Origin: Octopus sinensis
Taxonomy: Eukaryota
Direction of reading: 5' to 3'
NCBI RefSeq assembly: GCF_006345805.1
Contig: NC_043006.1
Span: 806,001 to 870,000 of the forward strand
Length of the DNA: 64,000 nt
Under the pieces are notes generated by a model. The model was not told the DNA's origin, made no database searches, and saw only the letters and a list, made by a program, of their open reading frames with translations. A program made the position numbers and the translations under genes. This document shows positions 12,725-26,112 of the stretch, piece by piece (the stretch's first letter is position 1; every line of letters begins with the position of its first letter).

Positions 12725-14427
12725 TGGTTGTAAAGATCAGCTACATATCCATAAGATGATGCTGGAAGATTGTCACAAACGACACAAAAACTTGTCGATA
12801 GCCTGAGTAGACTACAAAAAGCTTTTGATAGTCTACCACATAGCTGGATCAAGAAATGTCTGGAAATGTATAAAATAGCACCTACTCTGCGAAACCTCTT
12901 GCCTGTAAACGGTAATCTTGACCAGCAGAATGTCACAAAAGAGTTAGAACCAGCGGAGAGCTATAAATACCTAGGGGTATTTGAAGGTGATGGAATCAAA
13001 CATTCAATGATGAGAGGAAGGATCAGAAGAGAATGTTATCGCAGGGTAAGGGCAGTACTCAAGACAGAGCTGAATACAAGAAACAGGATCGAAGTGATCA
13101 ATACTTTAGCCTTACCGGTCGTGACTTTGAATATCATTAACTGGTCAATTACTGAAATATATAATCTTGATAGAAAAATACGAAAATTGTGGACAATGCA
13201 TAGAATGCATCACTCTAAAGCAGATATAGAACGACTTTACCTGCCAAGAAAAAAAGGTTGGCCGTAGACTTTCACAACTAGAACTAACAATGAAGACTTA
13301 CAATTAGCCTCAACACCTACCTGAAAAACTCTGATGACTGGATGTTAAAACTTGTTTTAAAGCATGAAAACAAGAAAGCATCATACTCAATAACAGAATA
13401 AGCAAAAGAATATCTAAGTGAATTCCAAATACAGCGAATTTAGACGTACTGGAATCAAGCACAGAGAAAGCTAAGCGCATGAAAACCCGTACCAAAACTG
13501 CTGCCTTAGATATTCTTACTGATAAATGGCAAGAAAAACCTCTCAAGGGCAAATACCCAAAGAAAACTAATAATGCCGATGTTGACAAAAAAGCCCTTAT
13601 CCATCAGTGGTTAGTGTTTCTGGATTAAAATCAGAAACAGGAGAGTTTATCACAGTAGCCCAAGATCAATGCCTACCTGCAAGGAACTACCAGGCCAACA
13701 TATTAAAGAACAGCAGTAGCCCAACATGTCGTGTATGTCAACAACAAAATGAAACCCTTGATCATTTTGTCTCCAAGTGCAGTCTTCTTGTGCCTACAGA
13801 GTATCTCAACAGGCATGATAGGGCGGCACAGTATATTCACTGGGTAATTTGCAAAAATATGTACTTGCCCCATGATAAAAACTGGGAACACAAACCTCCT
13901 CCAGTGCTTGAAAATGATCCCATCTCACTCCTCTGGAACTTTACCATTCAAACTGACAGAAAGATAGCTGCGAATAGACCAGACATTATATTGAAAGACT
14001 TCAGGCAAAATTTATGCCTCCTCATTGATATGACTGTCCCAATCGACATAAACGTATCTGTCAAGACCTACCAAAAACTGAGCAAGTATAAAGATCTGGA
14101 TATAGAAATTGGCAAAATGTGGAATCTCAAGACTAAAACAATACCTGTTGTCATAGGTGCCCTAGAAATGATAGCAAAAGGGGCCGATTCCAACCTAGTT
14201 CAGACATCAGGAAACCCCAAAATTGCAAAAATTCAAACGATAGTGCTCATAGGAACTGCCCATTACCTACGTAAAATACTATGTAATCTCAAAAGTTTAA
14301 AAGAAACTAATAATTTTCTTGTTTCTTAAACATTCTCTAGAACAATACTATGTGCAAAACCAAATATATGACACCCTAGGCATAACACCAGCATGAACTT
14401 CTAACTTGTTGTATCTCGAGGTCTCTG
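12725..14427 (+). mobile_element. Dong/R4-clade non-LTR retrotransposon with restriction-like endonuclease (5'-truncated, internally deleted, frameshifted)
   Basis: ORF 12770-13267: QKAFDSLPHSWI, YKYLG, ERLYLPRKKG. ORF 13607-14329: CRVCQQQNETLDHFVSKC (CCHC knuckle), RHD, NRPDIIL..IDMTVP..KLSKYKDL (PD-(D/E)xK-type RLE). Confidence 0.9.
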
Positions 14428-14625
14428 TATGTATGTATATATATATATATATGAAAGAAGGTTTGAAAATGCAAACATCTTTTAAAATTGCATTTTGAAA
14501 CCTTCTTTCATATATATTTCCACTCGTGTGGTACCTTACAACTTCACTTTGTTATATATATATATATATATTATATATATAAACACACATACGCCATGAT
14601 TTTTATATCTGCATATCTATATCTG

Positions 14626-14718
<93 letters not shown>

Positions 14719-15080
14719 TATATATATACATACATACATGCATATATACATGCATTCATAGATAGGTAGATAGACAGGTAGATAGATAGGCAAACTGATG
14801 GTCACATAGTTAAACAGGTAAGCAAAGACAGACATTTAAATAGTTGTCCAAAGAAACAAAGTAATAAAAAAAAACAAAATGCAGCGTTCGTTAATAAGAG
14901 CCAAAAATAGAAAAGATGCGATCGTGATGAGTCGAAGATATAAACGAATTTCAAAAATATTGTTATTTGTGTGTTCGACTAATAAACAGTCTATATTGCA
15001 GCTCACGTGGTGTGTGAACTTAGCAATCTGTTTGTCATTTGCAATAGCAACAAACATTAAACTACTATTAAAAGTAGTAT

Positions 15081-15084
<4 letters not shown>

Positions 15085-15119
<35 letters not shown>

Positions 15120-16148
15120 CTGCGGTGGCAGCAGTAGCGGTAATAGCAATAGTAGCAGCGGCAGCGGCTCGGGGTGTCACAGTCAATGACATCAACGATG
15201 ACAGTGTTAGCGCAGTAGCGGCAGTGATGTAATAACAAGGACGAGTGATGCAGTAGCAGTTGCCAGGAGTAGGGAAGCTGCAACTGATGCTGATGTTGCA
15301 GCAGTTGTCGGTATTGAAACAATAGCAGTTGCGGTAGTTCTTCTAAACATCCATGGCTGCGGTGGTGGCGATGGCAATGGTGGCGGTGGTGGTGGTGGTG
15401 GTGGTGGTGGTGGTATTACTATCGGTAAAGGTAACGGTGGGGGTGATGGTTGTAGTGGTAATGGTGGTGGAGACTATGCTTGTAGTAATATTAGTATTAG
15501 CAGTATTAGTAGTAGGGGTGGTGGCGGTAGTGGTATCTGTGGTAGTGTCTGTGGTGGTGGTGGTGGTTGTGTTGTTGGTGGTGGGATTATACTTGTGGTA
15601 CTTGTAGTAGCAGTGGTGATGGTGGTGGTTGAAACAATGGTGGTAGTAATAGTAGTGGTGATGGTGGTGGTTGAAACAATGGTGGTAGTAATAGTAGTGG
15701 TGGTGGTGGTGGTTGTGGCAGTGGTGTTATTAGTGGTGAAGGTTGTGACGGTGGCGGTAGTAGTAGTAGTAGTGGCGGTGATGGTGGTGATGATATCAGC
15801 AGTAGCGGTAATAGTACTGGTAGTTGTATTAGTGGTACTACTGGTGGTGGTGGTGGCGGCGGAGGTGGTAATATTAGCGAGAGTAGTGGTAGTAGTGGCG
15901 ATGGTTGCTGTGGTGATGGTTGTAGTAGCAACGAACGGGAGTGCTGGTGACGTTAGTAAAAGAAGCGGTCTCGGTGATGGTTGTGGCGGTGGTGGTGGTG
16001 GTGGTGGTAGTAGAGGCGGAAGAAGGAGGAGGAGGAGGAGGACTAATTATAAAAGTGGTGGTAGATGTGGTAGTGAGTGCTGGAATTGTTGCGGCAGTAG
16101 TAGCAGCAGCAGCAGCAGCAGGTGTTATGAATAATAATAATAATAATA

Positions 16149-16181
<33 letters not shown>

Positions 16182-16370
16182 GTGGCGGTGGTGGTAGTGG
16201 CGATGCAGGTGATGACAAGGTTAGAGATGGTGGTGGTGATGATGTTGATGATATTGATGATAATGCTGATGATAACGGTGATAGTGACGACGACGACGAC
16301 GACGATGATGATGATGATGATGATGGTGGTGTTGGTAGCTGTCGAGTGTTGTAGCATTTCTCTGTATGAC

Positions 16371-16410
<40 letters not shown>

Positions 16411-16433
16411 TAATAATGGTAATAATAATAATC

Positions 16434-16497
<64 letters not shown>

Positions 16498-17160
16498 CAA
16501 CAACAACAACAACAACAACAATAATAATAATAATAATAATAATAACAATAACAATAACAATAATAATAATAAAGCCAACAGTATAGGTAGTAGTGTTTTT
16601 GGTGGTGGTAGGCTAGGTAGTGGTGGTGATATCAATTTAGATTATGGTATTTATAATGGGTGGGCGGGTGGAGGTGTAAGGATTAGCTGTGGGTGTTAGA
16701 GTGATGAAACTCGTGACAGCGTGGGTGGTAGCAGTGGTAATTGTCTCACTGGTTAAGGTAGTGGCTCTGGTGATAGTTGTGACAGTTACACTACTGGTTA
16801 TTGTGGTGCTGGTGCTAGTACATGTAGTGGTAGCTGTAATAATCAATCATAACAGCGGAGGTGGTTGCATTAATGCTAAACGTAGTAGTGGCGGTAGTTA
16901 TGTTAAAGTAGTGGTTGTGGTATCTGTACCATTGGTTATGGTAATGGTACTGGTAGTAGTATTGTTAGTATTAGTAGCTAAGGTGGTTGTTGTTATATTC
17001 GTGATAGTAGTGATGATAGTTGTGGTAGTTGTATCACTGTTTATGTTGTTGTTGGTGGCGGTAGTAATAGTAATAGTTGTAACTATCGTAATGGTGGTGG
17101 TGGTAGTGGTTGCACCACGGGTTATGGTGGTGGTGGTGGTAGTGATGGAGATGTTGATAA
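15085..17160. repeat. About 2-kb compound trinucleotide low-complexity tract (GCA/GTG/GTA/GAT/AAT/AAC)
   Basis: Direct reading. It produces spurious poly-V, poly-P and poly-I ORFs. Confidence 0.9.
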
Positions 17161-17520
17161 TCCTTTCTACCCCAGGTACAAGGCCTGGAAATATAGGAGA
17201 AGGGTCCAGTCGAATACATCTGCCCCAGTACTCGACTAGTTATTTATTTTATAGACCCCGAAAAGATAAAAATACAAGGTCGACATCGGCGGGATTTGAA
17301 CTCAGGACGCAAAGACAAGCGAAATACTGTGTTTAGCCCCTTGTGGGCAATAAAGAAATAGGTATTTCGTCTGTCTTTACGTTCTGAGTTCAAATTCCGC
17401 CGAGGTCGACTTTGCCTTTCATCCTTTCGGGGTCGATAAATTAAGTACCAGTAGCGTACTGGGGTCGATCTAATCGACTGCCCCTCCACCCAATTTTCGG
17501 GCCTTGTGCCTAGAGTAGAA
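17160..17520. mobile_element. Adjacent SINE family A fragments in opposite orientations
   Basis: Minus copy ~17160-17330, a plus-strand tail piece ~17330-17360 and a plus copy ~17363-17520 with the B-box and Nin-like core. Confidence 0.75.
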
Positions 17521-18304
17521 ATAAAAAAAGATGCTGATGCATCTGGTGATGGTGGTTGAAAGGGATAAGGCTGTTGGATATTACATAATTATTTCTTGAG
17601 ATTATTACACAGAATTAGTGGAGGCGGACAGGTATATATCTATATGGAAATATTCAATTTTATTAAGATACCACACACACAAAAAGTAATAAGACATCGC
17701 TAACTTGTCACTAAGTCTTATAACCCCTTGGCACACAGCAGTTAACAGTGAAAACTTTGTATTTACAGAATGTATCTTATGTAGGCTAGTCTGTGAAACA
17801 TCTTTTTAATTTACGCAACGCCTACGGAAGAAGATGAACTCAGTACCACCAATTAATGAAACACTAGTTGCATTCGAATCCGCGTTACTTAGATCTGTGA
17901 GCTGTTTAATCATGTAGTTCATATTTAGCGGTAAGTGGATTCATGTGTTTAGAGAATGCTTTATAGCTGGTAACTGAGTTCGAACTATCGATTCTGCGGC
18001 TCGTACTCTACAACACAATCGACATGGCTAATACATATTTTAAAACTAGAAATCAGTTCCTCGCCTTGGGAACAAGAACTAACGTGATTTTGGCTAAATC
18101 ATTCACGGTGAGGTCTAATTGTGGATAACCCTTCGAATTAAACCCCCAAATCTCATAAAAGATAAAACTCCTTCTTTATTCACAAAAGGATACATTCGTA
18201 GCGAGGCCCCTGCTGAATTCTGAACCATCGCTCTCAGGTTTCGCTGCTCTGGACCACGACTTGTATCACAATAAAAGGTATTAACTCCTAGGCGAATATG
18301 GCTC

Positions 18305-18450
18305 GGCCAATCAGCATTGGCTGAATTGCTATGGTTGAGGCGGGGAACTTCAAAAGAAGTGTGCGAGTTTTCCCGCCAAATAATGCGATCGAAAGTCACA
18401 GAAACTTTTCATCACAATTATAAAATGTTGGCGAATTCACTTTCAAATGG
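18305..18450. promoter_or_regulatory. Candidate promoter-like motif cluster (CCAAT x2, E2F-like sites, CHR-like TTCAAA)
   Basis: CCAAT 18307-11, ATTGG 18316-20, GGCGGGGAA 18339-47, TTCAAA 18349-54, TTTTCCCGCCAAA 18368-80, then TTGGCGAA...TTCAAA near 18428-18447. No linked gene was found. Confidence 0.3.
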
Positions 18451-19479
18451 AATTGCTCAGTATTCCATAGGGCACTATGTCACTTTGCCCGATTCGATGG
18501 ACTCTCACCCTCTTCTACTTTTCCTTAGTTAACATGCTTGTGCTGTGTGCGACAATGGTTCCGACCTTGAGTTGAAATGTTGGATCATACACACATTACT
18601 CATATGCAGTAATTCTAACTCTTTCTATTTATTCCATTTCCAATAACTATGAACTACTTTCATAATATTATCTAGCATGTTGTATGACAAAAATCTTTAA
18701 CGATTAAGTTTATATCATGAATGCCATCTCAGTAAACCAAATATTTGTATACATGCAAATATAAACGATATGGGTTAATAAAAATGTATGAAAACTTAAA
18801 TAAATATTAGCAAGATCATTCTCATTTTCACTCGCAGCTTACCTAAAACTAGGAACTGCAACGAATGAGTTAATAATGAAAACCCACACAGAACACTCCT
18901 AAAATATAGAAATAGAGAACAAGCTTTTCACCGGTTGAGACAGAAGACTATTCAAGTTTTCATTTTAATGTTTCGGTTCGCAATCGAAACCCAAAGAATT
19001 TTGTTTTCTAAAGAGCGATAATTACACCTTGGATAATTCTGAATAGTTGTTATAGAATTATTATTTTATGTGTCTAAGCGTCCCTTAGCTGTAACCCTTG
19101 TGGCAAATATAGAATCCATTATTGCGCTAAATCACTTTAAGTAACTAAATGAAGGTTCTCTCATTTAATGTTCAAATTCTTAACAAAAGTCGTCAACGTT
19201 AAACTTTTACCATGACCATCGCGAAGAAAATAAATAGTTACTTTAAGAGTCTAAGTAGGAAGACGCTACCAGTCTTGTCGTTCTTGAGATCTTAAGGATC
19301 AAGCTATTAGTACGAATGCGATAAAGTTACCGCTCTTACGGTCTAAATTTACTGAAGCGATCACTCTGAATCTCCTACTCCACAATTATTTGTTTGCACT
19401 TCAAACCTGGAGTTAATAAAATAAAAGGTATATTTCGAGTTGTTACAATCAACCCTACAATTTCCTGGAAGTACTTATT

Positions 19480-19706
19480 GTTTTTGCATTCAACTTCCAC
19501 GAGAAATTGTTATACAGGCTGTGACAAAAAGACTTAAAGACTTCTGCTGCACCTTGCCAATTGTGAAACTAGGAAGGTGGCAAAGGTGTCTTCACGTAAC
19601 TTTTACCGCTTTCTTTTTCAGTTAAGAACGGTGCACACCGTGCTTTTTGTGTGGAAATGTTTATTTAGGAATCTAAATCTGAGAGGTTCTTTTACCACAC
19701 CCTGTA
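19480..19706 (+). mobile_element. Possible 3' end of a Tc1/mariner element
   Basis: Ends in CACCCTG-TA (reverse of the TA-CAGGGTG terminus also seen at 32926). It is preceded by LPREIVIQAVTK..., loosely like mariner C-termini. Confidence 0.35.
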
Positions 19707-19944
19707 TTTCTCTATCGAAGCAGAAGTTCCTATCGAACGAAATCCATAATCCTAGTTTTATTCTTGGTTGAAGCTATTCGACTTCATTTATGCAGCTCGG
19801 AAAAGATCCAATAATTTTAATTATGACTCTGTTTAAAAAAAGGTTTTCTTGAATCTATATTAAAATATGCATTTCCGACCCATTTTCCAACTAAAACATT
19901 TCCTATCATTTAAAACGCTAATTCTTTTTAATGTTTAGTCAGAG

Positions 19945-20028
<84 letters not shown>

Positions 20029-21369
20029 TAGAGAGAAAGGAGGAAGTTATCTGCGAAATATTCCTTACTCTCTGTTAAGTTATACTCAAGGGTCAGGTAA
20101 CACCATCGTGAACTCGACAGAAACACTTGTTGCTGTTTAATTACAAGTGAACACTGAGTAGACTTTTCAGTTCTGAGAATCCCTTGTTTTATCAAGCATT
20201 AGGCACCCCCGACTACGCTATCTAATAAATCGTTTTTTAAGACGGTAGATTGTGTTTTGAGGAAGGTCTCTAATGCTATTTCATGTAGGTCGAACGACTA
20301 CGTGGAGACTCCTTAGTTGGCTTGATACGAATTTGATAGAAAATATACTGGGGACGTGCTCGGAGTCTCTGGATGATAGCGATCTAAGTTATTTAGCAAA
20401 ATATCTCGATGAAAACATATCCCGCTAAGAATGCATGTATTGAAAAGTTTAATCGAGAAAACGGAAAGAGAAATTAAATGCATGAAAACAGATGGTTTGT
20501 ATTTATGGAAAAGGAAATAACAACAGTATCAAAAAAAAAAAAAAGAAACAGAAAGAAAATGAATCGAAACCCACCATCAAATCATAGAAATGTCCGCTAT
20601 TGAATAAAGATGAAATCATTATTTTCATATGATCATTTCATTGTTGTCAATAAGATGAAGCAACAACAATAAATTCACACGGAGCAAACAACTAGTTTTG
20701 CTATACAACACGATAACACTACAAAACCAAACATTACAACGATACATAGAACAATATCAGTCGAGAAACACAATCACAATGTATAGCCACGGATCATCAT
20801 ATGAAATCACATGAGCCATTCGGAAAAGCAAACTGTTTATCAATGAGCACACTCGAAATTCAATCACGCATCAAACGTCATCAAACAACTTGTTCGATGA
20901 GGTAAAAGAATACGTTTACTTTATTTGACAACTTTTAGGCGACCGACAGTTCTATAACTTTTGTAATAATGTACTAGAATTAAGCTAATGTAGTGGAAGC
21001 ATATATTATACACTTCCAATGACGAACGAATCACGTGAGAAAACCCATGTGCAAACCCCAATCCAAGACCCAGATTCTAAAAGTGCTTCAGCCAAACGAA
21101 GCTGAATGCACTTTAGCTAAGACCTATATTTGAATGAATTCTGTAATTGAATTTTGGTCGATGGTTCCAAAATAAATATTTCGATTCCCTCACAAAGAAC
21201 AATTGCCGACATTGTTAAATTGTTCGACTTCATCAGTATTCTTTTATTTAACGTAGTCGGAAAAACATCCGTGAAACTTAAGTTCTTTTATTACTGAAAG
21301 TACTTACTGTACTTTTGGTTAATAAATAAGTACTATAAGGAAGAAAGCAGAGTGTTATTATAGAAAGCA

Positions 21370-24300
21370 TTAATTATAACATGACTATAATGCATCTATT
21401 CAAAACTTTGAACAACAAAACCGAAAGACACTGGAATATGTATTCTGACTCGCCATTGGCGTCACCGGCGGGTTCCAACGTCACAGCTTTAATATTACGA
21501 TTGAATGCTTCTTCCACTGAGATGTTGATGCGTTTCAGAAGTTCTTTTACATGATTCAGTTTAATAGATTTTATTAGTATCAATTGTCTTATGTACAACT
21601 GACACGTTACTACAGGGAATTGCAGCTTCAATTGAAAGGACGCCTCTTTTGTCTCTTTATTGTATGAAACACATTAAGGCACCACTCTCCCGATATTAAG
21701 TTTCGGTATTGTAGGATTTCATCTCTTTAAATAGGACTCCTCTGATACTTGTCAAGTCAGTGGCTGCTTTTATAATTGCTTCTGATCTACCTTGTAATGT
21801 TTCATCTTTGCAACTAATATGCCATCATCTTCCATGATATCAGTTTGAAGGTTTTCGGCATCAATTACAGTGAATAAATGCCGATGCTTTCTGTCTTTTA
21901 TTAGCAATAATCATTCTGGTGGCTTTCTGCCTCTGTCCTTTTTCATTTTCTTATGCTCTCTCTTCAACCAAAGTCTCTAACGCAAGCCGTTCGGGTATGA
22001 CTTGGTATAGACTAATTGAGGTAATTGACAATAATCTCGTCCAGCATTGCAGTGACACTAACTTGTAAATATACAATAATATACAGATCGGGATTCTATG
22101 AAAGAAAAAAAAAAGAAACAATCTAAAACCCACTTTCTAGGGGACATACAGAACTTTCTGTTATTACAAGGAAGTAACGACAGGTGCCGAATCCAGGAAT
22201 AATACAACATCACCAAGCATTTAAAATACTCAGAGTTACAACACTGATTAGTTCATTCATTTACATCGTCATCGGTGCACAAATTAGGAATTTCTCGTTG
22301 CCCTTTATAATCCTCTTCATCAAATATAATTAGTCGTCGCAGGTATTTTCTTTCCAAATGCAATCACTTTTATGTTATCTCACTGTCAGTGAAATCACCT
22401 CTACGTCACTGCTATGCGTATTTAAAAAATATTTATACCATTTTTGAAGTCGAAGACGTTTTACATTAAATTTACTCCTTTAATGTCATCAAAGAAAATC
22501 AGTTGTGCACACAGTTATAATTCTCAGTTGTAGGATAATATATGGAATAGCTTCTGTCCAGCTTGCTTTGTACGGAGGAGTCGACTTATTGTAGGTGTAA
22601 GAAAGGCAGTAATACACCGAACAAGGTAGATATTCGGTGATATCTGATCTCTTATTTTGTTTAATGATTTCAAAATGACTTCCATATTCAGTAACTCATC
22701 AATGTCTTTACTACTGTACGTAGTTTCTTCTTCTCTTGTAACAGATCTGGCAAAGCTATATGATTGATGTCAAGTGCCGTCCAAGGATGAATTTCGAGAA
22801 AAAAAAAAAACAATAGCATGACATATTCCAAACTATCTAATGTACAACTCATTAATTTGGAGCTATCATGTTCAAATTTGAGCTCAAGCATATTTATTTA
22901 ACTTAGAGCAAGACAAGTTAAGACAGCTCCTACGCTATGGCCGATGCAAATGTCTTGCAATTAAATTTATACACTACATCTCTCTCTATATAAAGCTGAA
23001 GTTGTCTGTGTATGGCAGGTTTGGTAGCCTTCAACTAACGCTATCTTCTCCGAGACCCTGCGACTCAAGTTGACCAAAATTGAGATTATGATAGAAGAAG
23101 GCTTGCTCTTCCTTCCGTAGAAGAAAGAATTCAAATCGGACCATGTTAACATCAAAAATTATTTACACCAAAAAGTGTTTTTTTTTTCTATGAAAATCCC
23201 CATTTTTTACGATTTTTTGACTGCTTTGTCGCCATTTTTCTGTGTATTTCAACCAGAAAAATGTTCACTTAAAGAGAATAACAAGCTACATAATGCAAAA
23301 GTTTTACTTTTCAAAAATTCCAATTCTAAAGGGTCGAAACAAACCCGAGCAACGCCGGATATAAATATATTTTGCAAAACAGCACTGCAAGAAACTGGGC
23401 ATCATGAAGCTACTCTATCAATAGTTATGTTGATGAAGTAAATTAGTTAACAACACATTTGACTGAGAGAGAAGTATTCAGCAAGATTGAGCTTTTTACA
23501 TTCCAACACTTCACTATTTCTGTTCCACTCGTCTCATTTTTGTTGTTTTATAATTCTATGTTATACGTAGCAGAGTCACAATGATTCTGAGTGATTGATG
23601 CAGAATTCTCTTCAGTTCTAGATTAATTTCAATTCAGTAAGTCTGTAACTTACTGAATCAGTCAGTAGAAACATATTGATTGTAGCAGCATGATTGGCAG
23701 TATATAGTGTTATACATTGTTCCTGTACGATTCTAGATATGGTAAAAACAGTTAATATCATTTGACTTATTCTAACTTTTGAGTTGAACCAATTAGTATC
23801 ACAATGACTAAGTTGGGCTCAACGAAAAATCAGATCATTAAAAAAAAAAAAATTCTGTGAAGTTAGTTCTTTTGCATAGCTCTTAGCCTAAGTTTTTCCT
23901 CTTTCATTCTTCCTCTTTGAAACAGTACGCTTTTTCTTTTTGGTCCCGGATTTAATTTTTTGTCCAGTAATGTTGCTTTATTCGACTTCAGTATGGCCGG
24001 TCATCACCAAAGTATAATATCACCTGATTATATTATTGCATGTATTTTGACCAATTTTCCGACAGGTACAATTTGCGCTACATTGTTGATCGTAACTACA
24101 TTTATTGCAATAAATTTCCCACAGTTGGTAAAAGGCCAGTCTTAGTTTCTTGGCTGAGGGACAGTTCTCATAGCTTTCCTTTGGCTCTGAAGTGAATATC
24201 AAATTGTTCATATTTCCCATCCTATAAATTCATTGAAAATTATTCGAAAGTCCTTGAAATTATCTCCCCTCCTCATTCAGAGTTGTTAACAGTCACCGTT

Positions 24301-24420
24301 AGGCTATAGTTTCCCTTCTCTCTTTACGAAACCATTTTTTTTTAAAGTTGAAAATTTGTCATGCGCAGCATTACAGCATTCAGCAAACCTGTCATGTCGA
24401 CTTTGTTATTTGAATACACA
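21370..24420 (-). mobile_element. Heavily decayed KRBA2/Ginger-like integrase-element C-terminal remnants (tentative)
   Basis: Minus-strand fragments ENEKGQRQKATRMIIANKRQ, ATDLTSIRGVL, KVDMTGLLNAVML and a Cys-rich CNKCSYDQQCSANCTCRKIGQ (ORF 24020-24220), with many stops. Confidence 0.3.
22979..23360 (+). mobile_element. Non-autonomous Helitron, terminal CTAG missing
   Basis: Starts TCTCTCTCTATATAAAGCTGAAGTTG. Ends ACAAACCCGAGCAACGCCGG, the same subterminal hairpin as 50978-51273. Confidence 0.75.
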
Positions 24421-24461
24421 ATAGTTATCCCTTTGGATTATTTTCTCTTATTGCCTTACAT

Positions 24462-24557
<96 letters not shown>

Positions 24558-24572
24558 GTGTGTGTGTGTATG

Positions 24573-24740
24573 TGGAGGCGCAATGGCCCAGTGGTTAGGA
24601 AAGCGGACTCGCGGTTTCGATTCCCAGACCGAGCGTTGTGTGTGTTTATTGAGCGAAAACACTTAAAAGCTCTACGAGGCTCCAGCAGGGGGTGGCGACG
24701 ACCCCTGTTGTACTCTTTCGCCACAACTTTCTCTCGCTCT
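24573..24740 (+). mobile_element. tRNA-derived SINE (family C-like head), truncated
   Basis: GGAGGCGCAATGGCCCAGTGGTTAGG (A box)...GTTTCGATTCCCAG (B box)...TTGAGCGAAAACAC. Confidence 0.6.
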
Positions 24741-25105
24741 TTCAAGCCTGGCAACGCTTGAAAAGGGCGACGCTTATCGTTTATGGTTATAATATATATA
24801 TACATATATACATACATATGTATGCATGTGTGTACATGCGCATACATGCAATTTAGTGCTACACGTTGAAAACAAAATAGAAAACGCATAACGTAGAGAA
24901 ATCGACGCAATTTAATGGAGAAATAATTGCATTTTAGTAAAATGCTAACTACAGCAGATGTGCACTCGTTTCAAAGAAACCGAAAGGAGTGTACACTCGG
25001 TATAGGCAGCTTTTTACCAAAACAACACGTTTGTATGTGCATGCGTATATGTGTGTATGTGAGCGCATGTTTGTGTATGTGTGTGTGTGTGTGTGTAAGT
25101 GTGTG

Positions 25106-25147
<42 letters not shown>

Positions 25148-26045
25148 GTAATTTTGTTATATCTTCGTTGTTTTATTTCAAACACATTTTATATGTCTGT
25201 TTCTGTATGCGTATCTCTGTATGTATTTCATTTTATATCTACACGTATATAATACATACGCAGAATTTATATTTTTATGAAACTACATTCTTTGTTATTT
25301 AGCGCCATTGTATCGTTGTTCGATTTTTATCAGATGACTTTAAAATGAATGTCACAGTTATCGGGGGCAAACACATTGCAAACACGTAAAATATATAGAA
25401 ATGTCAGTGACTTTGGTACAGGAAATAATACAAAATGTCAATGCTTCAGCTTTTTGTCTTTTTTTCTAATACAAAAAAAAAAAAAAATTATGTCTGATAT
25501 CCTCCGAAACCTTACATACGCTTAAACTGACATATATTATCAAGATATATCATTACTTAACTTAATATCATTGTATATCTCTACAAACATCTACACGAGC
25601 CCTATCGTAAATTCTTAGTTTTTTTCTCAACATTTTAGCAGTCTTTCTTTCTTTATTCTTTCTTCACATATTCTTTTCTAAATCGCTTATGTTTCATCGA
25701 GAATTTTTGTAAACTTCCCCGCCGTCACACCAAAAACTTTAGTCGGTATTCTCTCATGAGTTGGAACGAATATCGACCAAACCTGCGAGGGCTCGCACAC
25801 GATTATTGTTATCGCAACCAATAGATAATATAATTTATGATCAACATGTATACAAATCCAATTACTACAAGTAAGCAACCTCTACTTCTATATATCTATG
25901 CATTAGAAGGGCGCCAGAAAATTGTGTAACAACTAGCAGACGGTCAGCGTCTTCTCCTTAGTTCCTTTGTTAATAAAAAAATAAGGTAACCTTTCAGGAA
26001 GTGGCGACATATTTTTGTGCTGAAGTCAACAGTGCTCTCCTCTCC

Positions 26046-26109
<64 letters not shown>

Positions 26110-26112
<3 letters not shown>

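Noticed and set aside
14453-14509. 22-bp-arm hairpin GAAAGAAGGTTT(G/C)AAAATGCAA as a terminator or pre-miRNA
   Set aside because: An isolated foldback between (TA)n tracts, most simply a tiny TE end or inversion scar, with no supporting evidence of function.
15353-17336. Poly-Val/Pro/Thr/Asp ORFs resembling mucin, extensin or membrane proteins
   Set aside because: A compound trinucleotide tract that is open in many frames on both strands, with no unique domain or splice structure.
18115-18532. Non-repetitive ORFs 18115-18399 (-) and 18317-18532 (+) as host exons
   Set aside because: No recognisable motifs, non-ATG starts and lengths within chance expectation.
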